The notes beneath the pieces are model-generated. The model ran no database searches. It saw only the letters and a list, made by a program, of their open reading frames with translations, and was not told where the DNA came from. A stretch of DNA of 64,000 bases from the NCBI RefSeq assembly GCF_009914755.1, contig NC_060930.1, one strand, 5' to 3'. How positions within the stretch are numbered: the first letter of the stretch is position 1; every line of letters starts with the position of its first letter. The position numbers and the translations under genes were made by a program. Below, piece after piece: positions 1-15,634 of this stretch. The stretch is from the human T2T-CHM13v2.0 reference genome, Homo sapiens.

Positions 1-2965
1 TGTGTAATGCCTTACTGACTGACTGAGCTATGGACGAGGTGAAGGCCAGTCCGTTATCAGACCCTATGGCAGCAGGCAGCCCATGTCGAGGGATGATTTC
101 ATTGAGTAAAAACCTAACTACCATGGTGGCAGTCTCATTCTTGGTGGCAAATGCCTCAGTCCATACGGAGAAGGTGTCTACTAGTACTAGAAGGTATTTG
201 TACCTAGCCCGGTGTGGTTTTATTTCTGTAAAGTCAACTTCCCACCTTTCTCCTGGCAAGTTTCCTCAAAGACGGTGGCCTGGGCTGGGTTTAGCACCTT
301 GCTTGGCGTTTACCTGGGCACAAGTTGTACACCGGAGAGCTGCTTGATCTGCTAAGCTTTGAAGATAGGGAATCTTAAAATGGCTCTAGAGGAGCCGGGC
401 CAGTTTTGCTCCTCCTAAATGGGTGGTAGAATGCAGGCGACTGATTAAAGTTTCCCCGAGAGAGCTCGGGGTATGAAGATTCTGGAGTCAGGAAGAATCC
501 ACCAACCTTCCTGATTTTTATTGGCCCTGAGATCTGAAGCTAGTTTTTTTTTCTTCCGTTGAGTACGCGGGATTGTAGGGCAGATCTGGCTGTGGAAAGG
601 AGACTGTGGGTAATAAGTTTAGAGGCATGACTGGAAGTCTGGCTGCATCCCGGGCCGCTGAGTCAGCTTTCTGGTTACCACGGGCAATGGCCGTGTTTTC
701 TCCTGGATGTCCTTTGCAGTGGATTACAGCCACCTGCTGAGGGAGCCATACGGCTTCAAGCAGGGCTAGAATTTCTTCTTTGTTTTTGATAGTCTTTCCT
801 GCTGAGGTGCCCACGCTCCTGATAGATGGCTCCATGTACATGTACAGTAGTTAAAGCATACCTGCTGTCAGTGTAAATGTTAATAAGTTTATCCTTACCC
901 CATCGGAGAGCCTGAGTGAGGGCGATCAATTCAGCTTTTTGTGCCGAGGTATTTGCCGGTAAAGCCTGGGCCCATAGCACATCTGTCTCTGTAGTAATGG
1001 TTGCACCAGCCTTTCGTACTCCCTGTTTTGAGAAAGCTGCTACCGCCTGTAAACATGGCGGCGTCCACCTTCTTTAGGGGCACATCTTGGAGATCAGGTG
1101 GGCCAGTTTCTGTAGTTTCTAACAGTTCCTGGCAGTCATGGACAGGTGTAGTGAAGTCTGGATCAGGGAGTAAAGTAGCTGGATTTAAACACCTTCTGGG
1201 AGAGAAAGTCAAACGAGGCTGATCTAACAGTAAACTCTGATACTGCAGGATGCGAGCATTTGACATCCATTTGCCAGAAGCACTTCGTAATAAAGTCTCT
1301 ACGGCATGAGGAGCGGTAAAGGTTAAATTTTGGCCTAGAGTTAACTTATCAGCCTCTTAGACTAGGCTTGCTGTTGCCACTATGACTCGCAGACAAGTTG
1401 GCCATCCAGAGGCCACAGGATCCAGCCTCTTAGACAAATAGGCCACTGGGCATCTCCAGGGTCCTAAAGTCTGAGTAAGCACCCCCTTAGCAACTCCCTG
1501 GCTTTCGTGGACAAACAGGTGAAACGGCTCTGGGATATTTGGGAGGGCTGGAGCAGGGGCTTCAGTTAATGCCTTTTTCAGATTTTGAAAAGCCTGTTCT
1601 TCTGTGTCCATCTAAACTAGCGGGCTATTCCCTCCTGTAGCAGTGTACAGGGGCTTCGCAATCTCCGCGAACCCCGACATCCATAGGCGACAGTATCCTA
1701 CGGCCCCCAGGAATTCACGTACCTGTCTCTTGGTGGTGGGAGTGGGGATTCGTAGGATGGCTTCTTTCCGGGCACTGGTGAGTGCCCTTTTTCCTTGGCT
1801 TATGTCGTATCCTAGGTAGGACACTGTGGGAAGACAAAGCTGGACCTTCTTGGCTGAGACTCGATACCCGAGCTCCTGAAGGAGGTAAAGTAGGTCCCTA
1901 GTATGTTGCAGGCAACTGTCTTTAGTTTCAGTAGCTAATAAAAGGTTGTCCACCTACTGAAGAAGAGTACAGTTAAGGTGACTAGCTTGGAATGGTATAG
2001 GATCCTGCTGGAGGGCCTCTCCAAAAAGGGTGGGGGAATTTTTAAAACCTTGAGGTAACTGAGTCCAAGTCAATTGGGTAGTGTCTCCTGAGCTAGGATC
2101 TGTCCATTCAAAAGCAAAGATCAGTTGGCTCTTGGGGGCCAGAGGAATAGCAAGGAAGGCATCCTTTAGGTCAAGGACAGTGTATATACTGTAAGTTCTG
2201 GCGGGAGCAGGTTGAGTAGAGTATAAGGATTGGGGACAGTTGGATGGACAGTAACAGTCTGTTTGTTAACTTCCCTTAAGTCCTGTACCGGCTGGTAATC
2301 ATTCGTTCCGGGTTTCTGGACCGGCAAAAATGGAGTATTCCAGGCGGACTGACACGGTGTGAGTATGCCAGCTTGTAACAGTCATTGAATATGGGGATTA
2401 ATCTCCTGTCTAGCCTGCTGACTCATAGGATATTGCTTTACCTGGACAGGCAAGGCAGTGGCCAGGAGTTCTACAACCACTGGTGGATGGTGTTTAGCCA
2501 GTCCTGGGGGGTTTGACTGGCCCAAACTCTGGGAAAGAGTGTCTGTAAGTCCAACAGGAGAGGATTAGTATTATTTTCCAGTGGTTGTGATGGTGAAACT
2601 AAAAGATTTTCCTCTGACAGAGGGGTAGTTAGCAGGAGTTGGGCAGTGGGGGGCGCTGTATTTCCTAGCATGACGTTAGCCTGCTGGGCTGAGAAGGAGA
2701 TAGAGGCCTGTAACTTATGGAGCAGATCTCCTCCGAGGAGAGGAAAAGGACACTCTGGAACCACAAGAAATGACTGTCTCACTCTTTTCTGTCCCAAGCT
2801 CACTTCTCGTGAGTGTGTGACAGGATATTCCTGAATAGCTCCAGTAGACCTTTGTACAGCCACTCTTTTATTAGAGACACTGCCCAAGGGGGTCTGCAGT
2901 ACCGAGTGCTCCGCCCCGGTAGCTACTAGGAAGCGTACAGGCTGGCCCCTCACTGTAGCGGTCAC
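1..2965 (-). pseudogene. pol: Proviral pro-pol (protease, RT, RNase H, start of integrase), disrupted
   Basis: Protease LVATGAEHS (D of DTG changed to A); RT LLQ*VDNLLLA (YVDD destroyed) and REFLGAVGYCR; RNase[34 protein letters not shown]; IN VDTFS and GSDNG; several frameshifts and stops. Confidence 0.95.
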
Positions 2966-3007
2966 CGTGGGCTCCTGGGGGCCAAGAGAGAGGGAGTCCT
3001 GGCTCCA

Positions 3008-4557
3008 TCAGTCATCAGACTCTTCCGTTGCGGGGAGGGTGAGGGCCTTTTTCTTTTCTGATTTTTCCTCTGGCCGTAGTGGGCATTCCTTTTTCCAGTG
3101 CCCAGTCTGCTTGCAATAAGCACATTTGTCCTTTTCTAGGGGAGCCTGTTCTCCTCTTTTGCCCTTCTGGTAGGGACCTGAGGTTCCCTGGCTATTCCTC
3201 TGTGATGGGGGCCTTCCCTTCTTGACCTCTCCGATGGCCGCAGCTAAGATTTTTGCTTGTCTTTTGTATGCTTTATCAGCTGCTGCCTGTGCTGTTTGTT
3301 TTCTTTTTTCAAACTCTCGATTGTCAAAAACTTTTTGGGCTATCTCTAAAAGCTGAGTGATATTCATCCCAGGAAATCCCTCCAGTTTTTGGAGTTTTCT
3401 TTTAATATCAGGGGCTGCCTGAGCCACAAATGCCAAACTAAGAGCACGGCTATTTTCGGGAGCCGCCGGGTCAAAAGAGGTGTAAGTCCGATAGGCCTCC
3501 TGGAGGCGTTCTGAAAACGCTCCCGGTGACTCATCAGGCCCTGTGCGACTTCAGTCATCTTAGACAAGTTTATGGGTTTCTGAGCAGCTCCTTTGATACC
3601 TGCAAGGAGATACCGGTGAAAATCGTCCAAAGCTCTCTTCCTACCCGAGGAATTCGTGTGCCAGTTAGGCCGGGTAGAGGGAAAGACCTCCTCAAGAAAG
3701 TCTCTAGCTTCCTCCTCTGGCCTATTGGCTGATGTGAGGAAATACTTTCTGGCCTCTCTTCGGATATGTTCCCTCTCTTCAGAGGTAAAAAGGGTCAAAA
3801 GGAGCTGCTGACAGTCATCCCAGGTGGGCCGATGGGTCCGGAGCACAGACTCCATCAGTGAGATCAAGACCTGGGGCTTTTCAGAGAAGGGAGGATTATG
3901 AGCCTTCCAGTTACAGAGGTCAGAAGGAGAAAAAGGGACATAAACCAAGAATGGGGCTGAGCGCTCATCACCCGGAGGGACTTGTGCTTCTTTCCGCGGT
4001 AGAGGGGGGGCTACTTCCTCCTGCCGCGGCCGCAATCGAGAGGCAATAGGCGGCGAGCCTACAGGGGATGTAGTCGAGGAGACAAGGGAAGATTCTAAGG
4101 GAGCAGGACGGTTATAAGGCGGCGGAACTGAGTGGGGGAGACTCTCCTCTTCTTCAGAGGGAGGCAGTACAGGGGGAGCCGAACAGACTGAGGGTCCAGG
4201 CGGAAGTGCGGTCTGGCTCAAAACGACCTTGGAGGCAGAATTATGAATGGCGCATGAGCGGAGCCATGGTGGGGAGCTTCTGACCAAACTCAGCCATTGA
4301 TCAATGTGGGGAAACTGATCGGGGTGGCCGGGAGTTCCAGCAACAACCCGCCACACAGCCTGAACAATTGCTAGGTTCAGTGACCCTACTGGGGGCCATC
4401 CGACTCCAAACTTTGGCCATTCTACTTCGCAGAGTGTCCGGAGTTTGCCTTTTTAAAGGCGGACCCCATAATCCTCTGAGAAGCCTAGAGAAAAATTCTG
4501 CAGCATACATTGGAGGGGGCTCCAATCCTTACAGGGCCGGGAAGAGGAGTTTCCCAT
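3008..4557 (-). pseudogene. gag: Proviral gag (MA-p12-CA-NC), disrupted
   Basis: ATG at 4557 reads MGNSSS; TAA at codon 35 (4453-4455); PPPY late domain; CA WKAHNPPFSEKP and HRPTWDDCQQLL; frameshift near the major homology region (~3540); zinc knuckle CAYCKQTGHWKKEC. Confidence 0.95.
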
Positions 4558-4739
4558 TTTTGGAGGCAGTTTGACAAGGTTTGAGCAGGGATATCAAACC
4601 CAGCACGGACAGAAAAACTCATTCCCTAGGGGGCTGGAGTATCGGAAGAACAGAATTAACATAACCAGAAGGAGCCGAAAGACAACAATAGCTCACACTA
4701 CTTGCCACAGGACGGTTAACTAGCTTTAAGATTGAGGGA

Positions 4740-5049
<310 letters not shown>

Positions 5050-6315
5050 TTATCCAAGATTGAGGGAGGAGGACTAGAGGCCAACCTTAGGTCTCCTTGG
5101 CTGGATGGACCTAGGCGTCCTCCCTCTTTCCCTGGACCTGTAGCCTAAATACTTTTGGTGTCTCCACGACTCAAAGGCAAATAGCTCAAATTCGGCCTTT
5201 TCTTTTAAGAGTTTGAGGAGTGAGAGCAGAGCCAAGTCCTGGAGACGCTGAACTTGCTGTGACACGGGAAAACGAGATGTACGGGGTAAGTGGTAGGGAT
5301 GAGGAGGAAAAAGGGCCACTCGGATCTTTCCTAGGGTAGGAGAGTAGCCACAGAGGAACAGAATAAGAGTTTAAACGAAGTAAAGTGGTACGGGCGTAGG
5401 TTTCTCTGCACAGTGCCGTATTTAAGGGCACAGAAAAAGTTACGGGATGACAAAAGAGGTGAGCAAGGAGGTCTGCAGGGTGGCTATTTTGAACCTACCA
5501 CCGGTTTAGTCTGGAGGTGGCCCAGTCACTTGGACATGGGGTATGACAATCTAAATGCCAGCAATCTTCATGGTGCCAGAAATCCCAAACAGGCGAATGT
5601 TCCTCACACTCGTTCCCGTACCCGTAACAACACCTGATTTGTTTCTGACAGAAAAGGCAGGACTGGGATGGCCAGCCTAAGCGATTGATGAGAAATTTAA
5701 CCTCCTGTGATAAAAAATCAACACTAAAGACCTTGAAGAAGTTCCTGCCCAGACGTCTTGGGCAGTATCGATGACCTGACATACGAAACTTTGACAACCA
5801 CTAAACAGGACAATAGACAACGAGCAGGACAACAAACACAAAACAAACAATAGACCCTTGGGTATATAAACAATTATGGTAGGTTTTTATTAGACAGACA
5901 AGGGGAGGGGGTCCCATGATGGGATCAGTCAGATGCCTGCCTGGCCGCTCCCCCTGAGGGGACTTGGGCTTCTCTTAGCATTGGCAGGCAGGTATAAACC
6001 CCCGGCTCGGATGGAGCTATGCCCGATGCTGCCTTAAGCCTTATGAGGTCGCCACGGAACGGCAGGTGAGGGCCCACTCGAACTCCGTAGCTTTCGCCGT
6101 GGAGCTACAAACTGGGGATCCAGAGGCAGGCCCCTGGACTCCTCAGTCGTGCACACATTCACAAAGAGTTTATAACAATTTTTGTTATTTCCCGTTCTAA
6201 ACAAAGGTCCCAGAAGACCTGAACGAGAGGAGGAGAAGAGATAGAGCAAGGGGGAGAGAAAGAAAAAGAGGAGGAGAGAGTGAGAGACTAGTCTTAATGG
6301 AGAGGCCGGCCTGCC

Positions 6316-6527
6316 AGAAACCAGGGCTCTATCCTCCAGCGTCCTGGAGTATGGATAGAGTCAAAGAGAGGGACACCGTCGTCAGGGCTGCCTCCCTCTC
6401 ACCAAACCAGAACCAAAAGGCGCCTAACAGAAAAACCAGGGCTCTGTCCTCCAGCGCCCTGGAAAAGCGGGCAGTGTCAAAGACAGGGATGCCCTCGTCA
6501 GGGCTGCCTCCCTCTCACCAAACAGAA
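6316..6527. repeat. Two diverged ~100-112 bp direct repeats in the proviral leader
   Basis: ACCAGGGCTCT..CCTCCAGCG..GTCAGGGCTGCCTCCCTCTCACCAAA occurs at 6316-6412 and 6428-6527. Confidence 0.9.
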
Positions 6528-6537
6528 GTCAAATCTA

Positions 6538-6546
6538 ACTTACCTG
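6538..6546 (-). promoter_or_regulatory. Probable major retroviral splice donor
   Basis: CAG|GTAAGT perfect consensus about 200 nt downstream of the PBS. Confidence 0.7.
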
Positions 6547-6744
6547 ACCCCGGGGTCAGAAGCTGAGGACTCAGAGGTTGAATTTTGTGGGCACACACAC
6601 ACGGTAGTCGATCCGCTGTCCTCCGGAAGACGGTCGCCTTTCGGGGACCTGGAAAATTTTTTTTCAGGTGGCTCCTCGCCTATAAGCCGGCCGTCCCTCC
6701 GGGGGAGCCCGGAGCTAGCCCGGCTCTCGCCCAGTGGCGAATAT

Positions 6745-6762
6745 ATCTCGCTGGGGCTTCCA
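6745..6762 (-). promoter_or_regulatory. Primer-binding site for tRNA-Thr
   Basis: TGGAAGCCCCAGCGAGAT lies 2 nt after the LTR end and is 17/18 complementary to the tRNA-Thr 3' end ATCTCGCTGGGGCCTCCA. Confidence 0.9.
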
Positions 6763-6764
6763 AA

Positions 6765-7346
6765 TGTTGTACCCGAGCGAGTTAGAGAAACGCCACACTT
6801 CGAGACGAATTTAAGAGTCCTTCATTAGCCGGCGACCGACAGACGACTAACGCTCGAAATTCTCTCGGCCCCGAGGAAGGGGCTTGATTTTCCTTTATAC
6901 TTTGGTTTAGAAAGGGGAGGGGGAGCTTAGTTGCAGCAATTCTACAGAAGTAAAAGCATGCAAAAAAATTAAAAAGACAAATGGTTACAAGGAAACAAAC
7001 AGTTCCAGGTGCAGGGGCTCTAAATCTATCATAAGGCGTTAGGTATGGGGGCTCTCCCGGACACAAACTCAAGGCTTTATGGTGTTATCTCTTGAGCGAA
7101 ATCCTGGTAACTTCGTAAATTGCTTGCTTCAGTACCTTATCAGTTAATTGGACTCTTTGATATGTAAGAGTCAGCTTACACAAGTTAACTGCTTGAGGAA
7201 GGGGGTGGGTAAGGAGTCTTTGACGTCTTGTAAATGAAGGAGCCAAAAGGAGTACTTCCGGCTTTCTCAGCTAAGGAAGAGCCTATTCATGTGGAAACAA
7301 GGCTAGGCGATTAAGGGAGAGTCTAAAAACAAGGTTAGGTACTACA
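6765..7346 (-). mobile_element. 5' LTR (LTR6-type), 582 bp
   Basis: TG...CA ends with inverted termini TGTAGTAC/GTACAACA; TATAAA at 6894-6899; variant polyA signal AATGAA at 6821-6826; the flank resumes duplication-unit sequence at 7347. Confidence 0.9.
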
Positions 7347-8550
7347 AAGTCGCGGTAAAATCGGTGTTAACTACGTGTGCAGCCACCTTTTCCTTAGTGC
7401 TATTCCTGAAGGAAATAATGTATACAGTGATCTATTTCCAAGACAAAGTGCCTTAAATTGGCTTAGGTCAGCAAAGTACAGAAGAAACAGGGTATACTAG
7501 GTCCCTGCTTGGATAGCGGATGCCTGCTTGTCGCCCCCCTCTTTCCTCCCCCTTCCCATCCCCCATCCTTGGTGGCCTTCACCCAAACAAAAACAGTTTA
7601 GTCTAAGATATAAGTTTACTAGTCTGCAAAATAGCTCACTTCGTCTGTTCTTATCAGCCTGCCCAGCTACTTAGGTCATAAGTCAAACACTTAAAAAGCC
7701 CTTGAGCTAACCAGGATTGCAATGCATTGTGGGCTGCAACAAAATGCAGCAAGACAACCCTAAAAAAGAGACACCTAAAGCCTTTGCCTAACAATCAGTA
7801 GGCAAACGCCGAGAAAATTGTAACCCCATAGCACTCAGCCTATGAGGAACCTGGGAAGGGACTTGCGCACTAGGGGACAAATTGCTTGTTGAAACTGTTC
7901 TGGGTGTGCCTGCACGCCAGACACCCGATCTTGATCTCTCAAGACCGTCATTAAAAGTCTCACTTTCGCTGTTCTCCGGGTCTCTGAGTCCATTCTTTGG
8001 GTTTAGATGGATGAGTTTATTTCTCACATAACAGCTGCAGAGGTGGTACAGGTGAATCCCTCTCAAGTCAAGTGGGTTAACCTCAAAATTGACTTAAGGG
8101 GTGGTTTGTGATCGCCTGGTAGATGGTGGACGGTTACAGCTTTTAGAAAGTGAGTAAAAGAGATGATGCATACAGAAGCCCCACTGGGTTGCTTAGCTTC
8201 TGCACATGGAGAAAGAGGCTGCTTTTCTGCCTTCTAGGTGTTTAGTAACTTAATTTTTAATCCTTTGATGAAATAGAGTGGAAAATAAAAGGAGATTTTC
8301 TTTTAACAAAATAGTGTTAAGATGCTTGCCAAGTATCCCCCTGTGAATTTCTGCTTAGCACTGTGATATCAGAATTAGAAATTGTGCAGGGTTCTAATCT
8401 GGAGATATGGGATGTTCAGTAGCTAAGAAGGAAGTTATTCCTTGAAAGTAAGTACAGTGAGGTAGAAAAGGATCCATTGGGATTGGGAGAATAAAAGTTC
8501 ATTATTTTTATTTATTAAAAAAACAAAACAAAACAAAGAAATGAGGTTTT

Positions 8551-8883
8551 GGCTGGGTGCAGTGGCTCACGCCTGTAATCCCGGCACTTTGGGAGGCCAA
8601 GGTGGGCAGATCACGAGGTCAGGAGATTGAGACCAGCTTGGCCAACATGGTGAAACCCCATCTTTACTAAAAATACAAAAAATTAGCCAGGCGAGGTGGC
8701 AAGTGCCTGTATTTCCAGCTATTCAGGAGGCTGAGGCAGGAGAATTGCTTGAACCCAGAAGGCGGAGCTTGCAGTGAGCCAAGATCGCTCCACTGCAGTC
8801 CAGCCTGGGCAACAGAGTGAGACTTCATCTCAAAAAAAAAAAAAAAAGAAAGAAAGAAAGAAAAAAGAAAAAAAAAGAAGAAA
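8551..8883 (+). mobile_element. AluS
   Basis: Full dimer with A-tail; absent at paralogous sites near 26070, 42105 and 57100. Confidence 0.93.
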
Positions 8884-9548
8884 CGAGCTTCTACCCTAGA
8901 TGGATCTTGGACTCTGGAGTTCAGAGAGCTTGCCATTTCAGACCAGAAACTTCCTTAAAGAACCAAGAGAAGTAATTTTCTCCCTGCTAAATTTCAGCTG
9001 AGGTGATTGAGATCTTTTCCTCATTTGTCATTATATTTGTCATTTGTCCTTATGTTTGTAGTTAAATAGCTTGGATTAAGTTTCAGAATTTGTCGGTCTC
9101 TAATGGAAAAAGTGACCACCAGCACATCACCAGCAATCATCAGCCACTTGTAGTGGAATCTTTTAGTGAAAGCTTGCAGGACTTTTGCAACCTGGGTGAG
9201 GAAGCAGTTAGAAGAAAGTAAGAAACGCAAAAGAACTTGAGCCTTAACCTTCTGATCTGAAATCAGACTTAGGTCACAGAATTCAATGGTTTCTGACTAT
9301 TTTATTTAAACTGGAAATCGGCGGGATGGCAAGGAATACTACTTGCTTCTATAGTGTGTGATCCACATTAGTGATTTGTGGAACTAATTAGGACAGGGGG
9401 ATAATTCTAAGCAACAAAGAACTGTAAGTGAATGAACACGAATTATCTCCCTGTATGAGAGAGAAATGCAGAGGCCAACACAATTCCCTTGAATAGGTGG
9501 GGAATATCATGGAGAACTTCCTAAGGTGGCTCATAGGAAAAAAAAGAG

Positions 9549-9620
9549 TGGAAATACTGGAAGTTGAACGCAGGACCTCACGCATGCTAACCACGTGCTC
9601 TGTCCCTGAGCTATACCCCC
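9549..9620 (-). pseudogene. tRNA-Ala(AGC) pseudogene
   Basis: 72 nt GGGGGTATAGCTCAGGGACAGAGCACGTGGTTAGCATGCG...TTTCCA; many stem and loop substitutions; paralog of 26723 and 42757. Confidence 0.88.
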
Positions 9621-9745
9621 GCAGGAGATCAGGAGCTTGGGAAAATGTTTTGGTGATCTCCGTTGCCTGAGTCTGTGCTCTGTGTCATCAAGACAATCAC
9701 TGTATGTTTCCAATTCCACTGTTTATGAATTCCCGACACTAAGCG

Positions 9746-9747
<2 letters not shown>

Positions 9748-9775
<28 letters not shown>
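9748..9775. repeat. (CT)n microsatellite
   Basis: Direct reading. Confidence 0.9.
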
Positions 9776-9780
<5 letters not shown>

Positions 9781-10059
9781 ACATGGCTACACCAGGAGAA
9801 AGATATCTTGTGGTAAAAAGAAAGGCATTGTTCCTGATGTTCCTGATTTGTGGTCAGTCCAAGATCAACTCACCCCAAAGTGGTCTCCCCATCATATTAG
9901 ACTTTCTGGAGCATAATTCCATTCTATCCCTTGAGTGACCTCCGGCATACAACATTCTCTTGCAAATTTTCTGATTATAACTTTTTTCTTTTGACTCTGG
10001 GAAGCATCTTAGTGTTTCCCATAGTCAAAAAATAAAACTCAGGTATGTGTGAAAATACC

Positions 10060-11860
<1,801 letters not shown>

Positions 11861-12432
11861 CTGATATATATATATATAATACATACTACATATATATGAT
11901 ATGTATTCCAGTATTGTTGATTTGTCATTGAGGAAAAGATGTTTTGAAATTATCCCAAGATTTGAACAATATATGCTTCTCAGATGGTCCCATTTTATTT
12001 TAAATGTTGCAAGGCAGAGACAAAGGTACAAATTTCTCAATTTGTATTAGAATTTAGAAGGTGTTTTATTCTATTTTCCTTGTCACACTCCTTGCTTGTG
12101 AGTCAATCAACTAAGGACATCTGAAAGAGACAGAGTTTCTTTCTCAGAGTCAGGAGGTAATGAGGGGCTGCTCTGGTAGGGAAAGAAATAGTGAAGTTCT
12201 TTTTTGGAGAAAAGCAGCAAAAAAAAAAAGAGAGTGACAGGAGAAAAAGAAAGAAAGAATGGAAGGAAGGGAAGGAGGAAAAGAAACAGTAAAGTTGACA
12301 AACAGAACTCCCTTCCCTCTTTATTAGTCTTCAGGAAATATAGAGTTTGAAACTATCATAGCCCAGGAAACCCTTTAAATAGGGCCATCAGTAGGCCAGA
12401 AATTTTGATTAGTGCCTTGAAAATAAAAGCAT

Positions 12433-12745
12433 AGCCGGGCGAGGTGGCTCACGCCTGTTGTCCCAGCACTTTGGGAGGCCGAGGCGGGCGGATCACGAGG
12501 TCAGGAGATCGAGACCATCCTGGCTAACACAGTGAAACCCCGTCTCTGCTAGAAATGCAAAAAATTAGCCTGGCGTGGTGGCGGGCGCCTGTGGTCCCAG
12601 CTGCTCGAGGAGGCTGAGGCAGAGAATGGCGTGAACCCGAGAGGCGGAGCTTGCAGTGAGCTGAGATCGCGCCACTGCACTCCAGCCTGGGAGAGAGAGC
12701 GAGACTACGTCTTAAAAAAAAAAAAAGAAAAAAGAAAGAAAGTAA
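12433..12745 (+). mobile_element. AluY
   Basis: Full dimer with A-tail. Confidence 0.93.
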
Positions 12746-13011
12746 AAGCAGAAGTGATTAGACGGACAGGAAACAGCAGAGGAAATGGCTGCTGTTTCAC
12801 TACAGTTAAAATGTCTTACACATCTGTGAACTATTTGTCCTCTTCTCAGAGGAGGGACACTTTTTTAGGTACTAAAAAAGAATTGTCTGGCACTTCATGG
12901 CAGCAACATGTTTGATGTTAACTGACATTTCCAGACATCCAGGTATGATTTTTATTTAGCGACTTTAAAAGAAGGATGAGAAAAAAAAAACAAAAAAACA
13001 AAAACAAACCA

Positions 13012-13305
13012 TGAGCCAGGCGTGGTGGCCTGCATCTATAGTCCCAGCTACACCTACTCAGGAGGCTGAAGAGGAGGCAGGAAAACAGCTTGAGGTCAGG
13101 AGTTGGAAGCCCCAGTGCTCTACGATTGCCCTGGTGAATAGCCACTGCACTCTAGTCTGGTCATCAAAACAAGATCCCGTCTATTAAAAATAGAAAGAAA
13201 ATAAAGGAAGAAAGAAAAGAAAGGAAGGAAGAAAGAAGGAAGGAGCGAGAGAGAAAGAAAGGAAGGAGAGAGGGCAAAAGGAAGAAAGGAATGGAGGGAG
13301 GGAGA
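13012..13305 (+). mobile_element. FLAM-like Alu monomer followed by a GA-rich purine tract
   Basis: Monomeric 7SL-derived sequence, then a low-complexity (GAAA/GGAA) run. Confidence 0.7.
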
Positions 13306-13570
13306 GATTGACAGAACAGATTAGAAAACATAATCCAACTATACACTATCTAAAAGAAACTCATTTCAAATATAATTATATAAGCAGGCTGAAATTAAGG
13401 GGATAAAATATATTACATGCAAAAGTTAATCAAAAGAAAGCAAAAGTGACTATATTAATATAAACTTAAGAACAAAGAAAATCCACCAAGAAGGCATAAC
13501 AATCCTAAATATGTATACACCAAACAGCAGAGCTGCAACATGTAAAGAAAAAAAAAAAAAAAAAAAACAG

Positions 13571-14261
<691 letters not shown>

Positions 14262-14286
14262 TTACATTAGAGACTTCACTTCTCTC

Positions 14287-14762
14287 TCTCTCTTTTTTGT
14301 GAATTTGTTCTTATTGGGGAAGACGGCACAGGGTGGGAAATGTCGCCTTGGGCTATGGTATGCCCCACCTCCCAGAGAATGTCCATTTGCATTCTAATCT
14401 TCCTGGGATGCTTTATGGAACTTTTTCTTCTTGGAGCTGCTCTTGCCAGCCGCCTCTTCAGGCCCACTGCTGACCAGCTCCTCTTTGGAGAATTTCCTCG
14501 TTTTCTTGGAGCCACTTCTGTGGCCTGACTCTTCGGTGTCATTAACTGTTTCCTCCTTGGGTGAAGACTTCTTCCTCTTGGGAAGACTGGTGCTGCCAGC
14601 GGTCTCTTCAAGATCGCTACTCATCAACTCCTCCTTGGAAAAAGATTTCTTTTTCTTGGGTTTGGAGAAAGAGATAGATGGGTCTTCCATTCCATTCTCC
14701 TGATGAACCTCCTGGGGCTTTTGCTTTTTCTTCTTTTTGGGTTTTTCAATCGTCTCCTCACA
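14287..14762 (-). pseudogene. NOP56P1: 5'-truncated processed pseudogene of NOP56 (C-terminal lysine-rich tail plus 3' UTR)
   Basis: Reads [56 protein letters not shown]...KKKFHKASQED*, the NOP56 C-terminus; short UTR, AATAAG signal and A-tail remnant; symbol is from recall. Confidence 0.9.
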
Positions 14763-15030
<268 letters not shown>

Positions 15031-15506
15031 CATTTCTCTCATAATAACAGAAAAACTACACAGAAAATCTGCAAGGATATTGAAGAACCCCAAATCATCT
15101 TCAGGCAACAGAATTCAGTCACCATGTATAGAACAGTCCACACAAGAAAAGCAGAACACGCATTCATTTCAAATTCATACGTAACGTAGATCAAGATAGA
15201 ACATACCTCATACCTTGGGCCTCAACAAATTTAAAAGAATTGACTGACATAGTATGATCCCTAACCACAATGAAATCAAACTAAAAATCAGTCACAGAAA
15301 GACAACAAAAATATCCAAACACTTGGAAAATGAACAACACACTACTAAATATTCCATAGGACAAAGAGAAAGCCTTAGTAGAGATCAAAAAAATAAATTA
15401 ACCTGAATAAAAATGAAAACACAATGTATCAAAATTTCCAAGACAACTTAATCTCTGAGAGAGAAATTTACAGCACTAAGTGCATACATTAGAAAAGAAA
15501 AAAGTC

Positions 15507-15601
15507 GGCCAGGCGCGTGGCTCACGCCTGTAATCCCAGCACTTTGGGAGGCCGAGGCGCGTGGATTACAAGGTCAGGAGTTGGAGACCAGCCCGGCCAA
15601 A

Positions 15602-15620
<19 letters not shown>
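15507..15620 (+). mobile_element. 92-nt Alu 5' fragment with A22 tail
   Basis: Perfect 16-bp TSD AGAAAAGAAAAAAGTC at 15491-15506 and 15624-15639. Confidence 0.9.

Positions 15621-15634
<14 letters not shown>

Noticed and set aside
3364-4356. 330-aa gag ORF as a possible domesticated gene
   Set aside because: Cut off from the true ATG by a stop, starts at GTG, and is frameshifted at the major homology region.
6745-6762. tRNA-Thr 3' end with CCA on the + strand
   Set aside because: It is the retroviral PBS, not a tRNA gene.
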